Below are positions 61,631 to 64,000 of a stretch of DNA of 64,000 nt, piece by piece. This DNA comes from Lama glama (taxonomy: Eukaryota), in contig CM052838.1 of NCBI GenBank assembly GCA_028534125.1, positions 60,326,001 through 60,390,000 of the forward strand. The letters are read 5' to 3'. Position numbers and translations under genes: made by a program. The notes under the pieces are model-generated. The model was not told where the DNA came from. It worked only from the letters and a program-made list of their open reading frames with translations, and did no database searches. How positions within the stretch are numbered: position 1 is the first letter of the stretch; every line of letters starts with the position of its first letter.

Positions 61631-62429
61631 AAGACGCATCCCTGCCCCTCAGCAGGTGGGGGAGGCTCCAGGAGAGGTGGGGAGGTGGGACCTCTACAGG
61701 CCCCACCCAGACAACGCCGGCCCACGCTCTGCTTCCACCTGCACCGTGAGCAGAACCAGGTCAGGCCTGTGATGTGCTGCCAACCTGAACGCGCCCACAG
61801 ACTGACAAAGAAGGCTCCTCTCCAAAGGTGGCTGGTCCCACAGCTGGCCTGTCCATCTGGGAGTCTAGGCACAGGAAGACGAGGAGGAAGACAGAAAATG
61901 CCCTTCCAAGAAGGGAAGGGGTGGCGTGTGGGAAGAAAAGGCAGACCCTGGCCTGGGAAGCCCCAGAGCCCCCTTCAAGGGCAGTTTGCTTCCCCTGGCT
62001 TTCTCTCCTTTTCTTTTCTGAGCAGATGATTTTCCTTCCCCGTGAGGGCTGGGAGGCCACCCTCCTCCTGGCAGGAGCTCAGGCCCTGTCTCAGATGACC
62101 ACGGGCCCATGAGCCCTGGAACCAGCTCCACGGCCAGCTCCGGCCAGGCCCGCCCCAAGATGGAACCAAGTTCAGTGGCGGCAACTAAGGCACCAGTACA
62201 GCTGGACCCAGACAGGGACCCTCCCTTGGGAGCTCCAGGAGGTCCGCCCCTGAGAGCCATTCTGCTCTGGTCAGAGCTGCTCTACAGGAACGCTCTAATT
62301 TCACCAGGGAAACACCAAGACAGCAGAAAACAGAGCAACTCATCCTGGTACCTCCCAGCCATGAACTTGAGCAGCAGAGAAGGGACTAAAACGAGGACAA
62401 GCCAACAAGCTGGGCTACAGGAACCCACC

Positions 62430-63135
62430 CTCATTCGCTGCACAAATGTCCCTGCGCCCACCACGTGCAAGGCCAAGGGTCAGGCACAAGGTGTTCAGCA
62501 AGAAGCAAACGAGACAAAGTCCTTGCCTTGTGAAGCTCACCTTCCAGTGCAGGAGTCACTCAAGGAACAAGATCAAAATGTCAGAAAAGTGGTTAAGTGC
62601 CTTGGAGGGAAAAGGAGATGGGAAAGCGCAGAGTGCACGAGGAATGGAGGTGGGGGTGGTAGTGGGATTAGATTTTAGGCCGGGTGGCCAAGGAAAGGGA
62701 GGGAGGGAGAGACCCTGCTAAGGTGGAGTGTTCCAGGCCATGGAAGAAGTGCAAATGCCCTGAGGCACGTTTGAGCAAGGAGGCCGGCCTGGCTTGAGCC
62801 AAGTGAGTGGCAGAGCAGAGAGAAAACAGAGTGGTCTCAGGGGCAGAGCATACCGGGCCTTTACCTCCAAGTAAGGGCTCTGGTGTCTGCTCGGCCAGAG
62901 ATGGGAAGCCAGTGGACAGGTTCTGAGCAGGGGAGGGACAGTCTGACTTGCATTCCCTCTGGCTGCTGGGTGGAGAACAGGCTAAAGGAGCAGAGGCAGG
63001 GGACCAGTTCCCATTAGTATCCAGGCAAGAGAGGATGCAGGTGGCACCAGAGTGGCAGCAGTGGGGATGGTGAGAGGGAATCTAATTACAGATATACAGT
63101 CAATGCAAATTGGAAAGGAAGCAGCGATGGGCAGA
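62430..63135 (-). mobile_element. L2a-like fragment (about 700 bp)
   Basis: gacaaagtccttgccttgtgaagctcaccttccagtg...gagtgttccaggc...gatgggaagccagtggacaggttctgagcagggg...ctctggctgctgggtggagaa. Confidence 0.85.
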
Positions 63136-63670
63136 GACCTGGCTCATCTTTGGAGTTCCTCCAGCCCAGGGCCTGACACACCCAGGGCACTCCGTGAGGC
63201 CCGCAGGGTGGACACAGGTCTCGGTGGCTTTTACAAACTCCTACAGGGACCTGAGACCCCACTCTTGGTGTGGAAGCTGGTGTGAGATCGGGGGAGGAAG
63301 CCCACGAGGTGTTTGTGTGGGTTCCCATAAGGGGCTGTGAGGGGAGCCAGGAGGGGCGCCAGGCAGTGTGACCCTGGACGATGAATCCCTGACACAGAAG
63401 CGGCAGAGTCCTGGGGACTAAGCCCACGTGCAAAATGCCCGAGTGGGACTTCTTCCTGTTCCCTCTTCAGAGGGCAGCCCACTAGCTCCTGAGGAATCAA
63501 GGCTGGAAGGAGGGCTAAGAGGCCGCTTTGTTCTCAGTCCCAGAAGTACAGACTGGCTGCCCCTGCACCCAGCTCACCCGTGGGGGCCATCACCACCCTG
63601 GCCACCGGGCCGCACCTTCTTCGCCATCATCTCCCACTCTTGACATTCCTGAGGTGGCAGCTCTAACTCT

Positions 63671-63688
63671 GACCGCCCTCTGGAGGCA
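63671..63688 (-). promoter_or_regulatory. Candidate CTCF site TGCCTCCAGAGGGCGGTC
   Basis: Close match to the CTCF core CC(A/G/T)SYAGRKGGCRS; motif only. Confidence 0.4.
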
Positions 63689-64000
63689 CGGCCTTATCTT
63701 AGCCCCAACTCGGTTACCACCCCGCTTCCAGAAATCACCTCCCTTACCGGGTGGAGACCAGGAGGAATGTCCACCTCAGCCCGGCAGGGGCGGCTTGGTG
63801 TTATTTACCAGGGCGCTGGCCTTCCCTCCTCGCTCACCAGAGGACTCCACTCTCTGCCGGCTACTTCCTTCTTGTGAGGACACAGCCAGGCCCTGGGTGA
63901 CTTGGCCCCGCCAGCCCCACCACCCCACCTGCCATGTCTCACAGAGCTCCGCTCGCAGGCCCTATGGACTCGGTCTGCTAATCTGCTTGCTCAGTCCACA

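Larger units (their letters stand above)
1..64000 (-). other. FAM53B: FAM53B transcription unit (partial): introns about 55202-64000, 41917-55146 and 1-41137
   Basis: Defined by the two exons. Neither the N-terminal MVMVLSES exon nor the terminal ...DIEQIE exon was found by eye. Assignment of 1-36856 depends on the join across the 500-N gap. Confidence 0.8.

Noticed and set aside
1-64000. CRISPR array, tRNA, rRNA, snoRNA or prokaryotic defence-type system
   Set aside because: No repeat-spacer periodicity, no recognisable structural RNA and no operon-like coding density; the DNA is mammalian intron. A covariance-model scan was not possible.

Overview
Eutherian mammal genomic DNA (GC-rich, two N gaps) lying inside the FAM53B (simplet) gene on the minus strand. 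Two coding exons are clear. One is a 55-nt exon at 55147-55201 (HTPKKMSQGATLFSCGIM). The other is a 779-nt exon at 41138-41916 (ENDRWRDLDRKC...RPSLDLAKMAQ). Both have canonical AG/GT ends and splice in frame. I found neither the start-codon exon nor the terminal exon, so they probably lie outside the window. The rest is intron containing ancient repeats (MIR/MIR3, L2, L1M, MER20, MER58, MER33, MER5A), several of them nested. It also holds microsatellites, a GAT/GGT minisatellite and several repeat-free, homeodomain-motif-dense blocks that look like conserved enhancers. I saw no young order-specific SINE. There is no support for a prokaryotic-type system or a new protein-coding gene; nearly all ORF-track entries are GC-rich noise. 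Best leads: (i) candidate long-range Cdx/Hox/Pbx/TCF enhancers, possibly serving the neighbouring NKX1-2; (ii) a possible exon read-through plus intronic poly(A) truncated FAM53B isoform; (iii) a local AT-to-GC rewritten stretch inside an old L1, suggesting a fossil recombination (gBGC) hotspot. Repeat boundaries are approximate, and family assignments come from remembered consensus sequences, not from a search.
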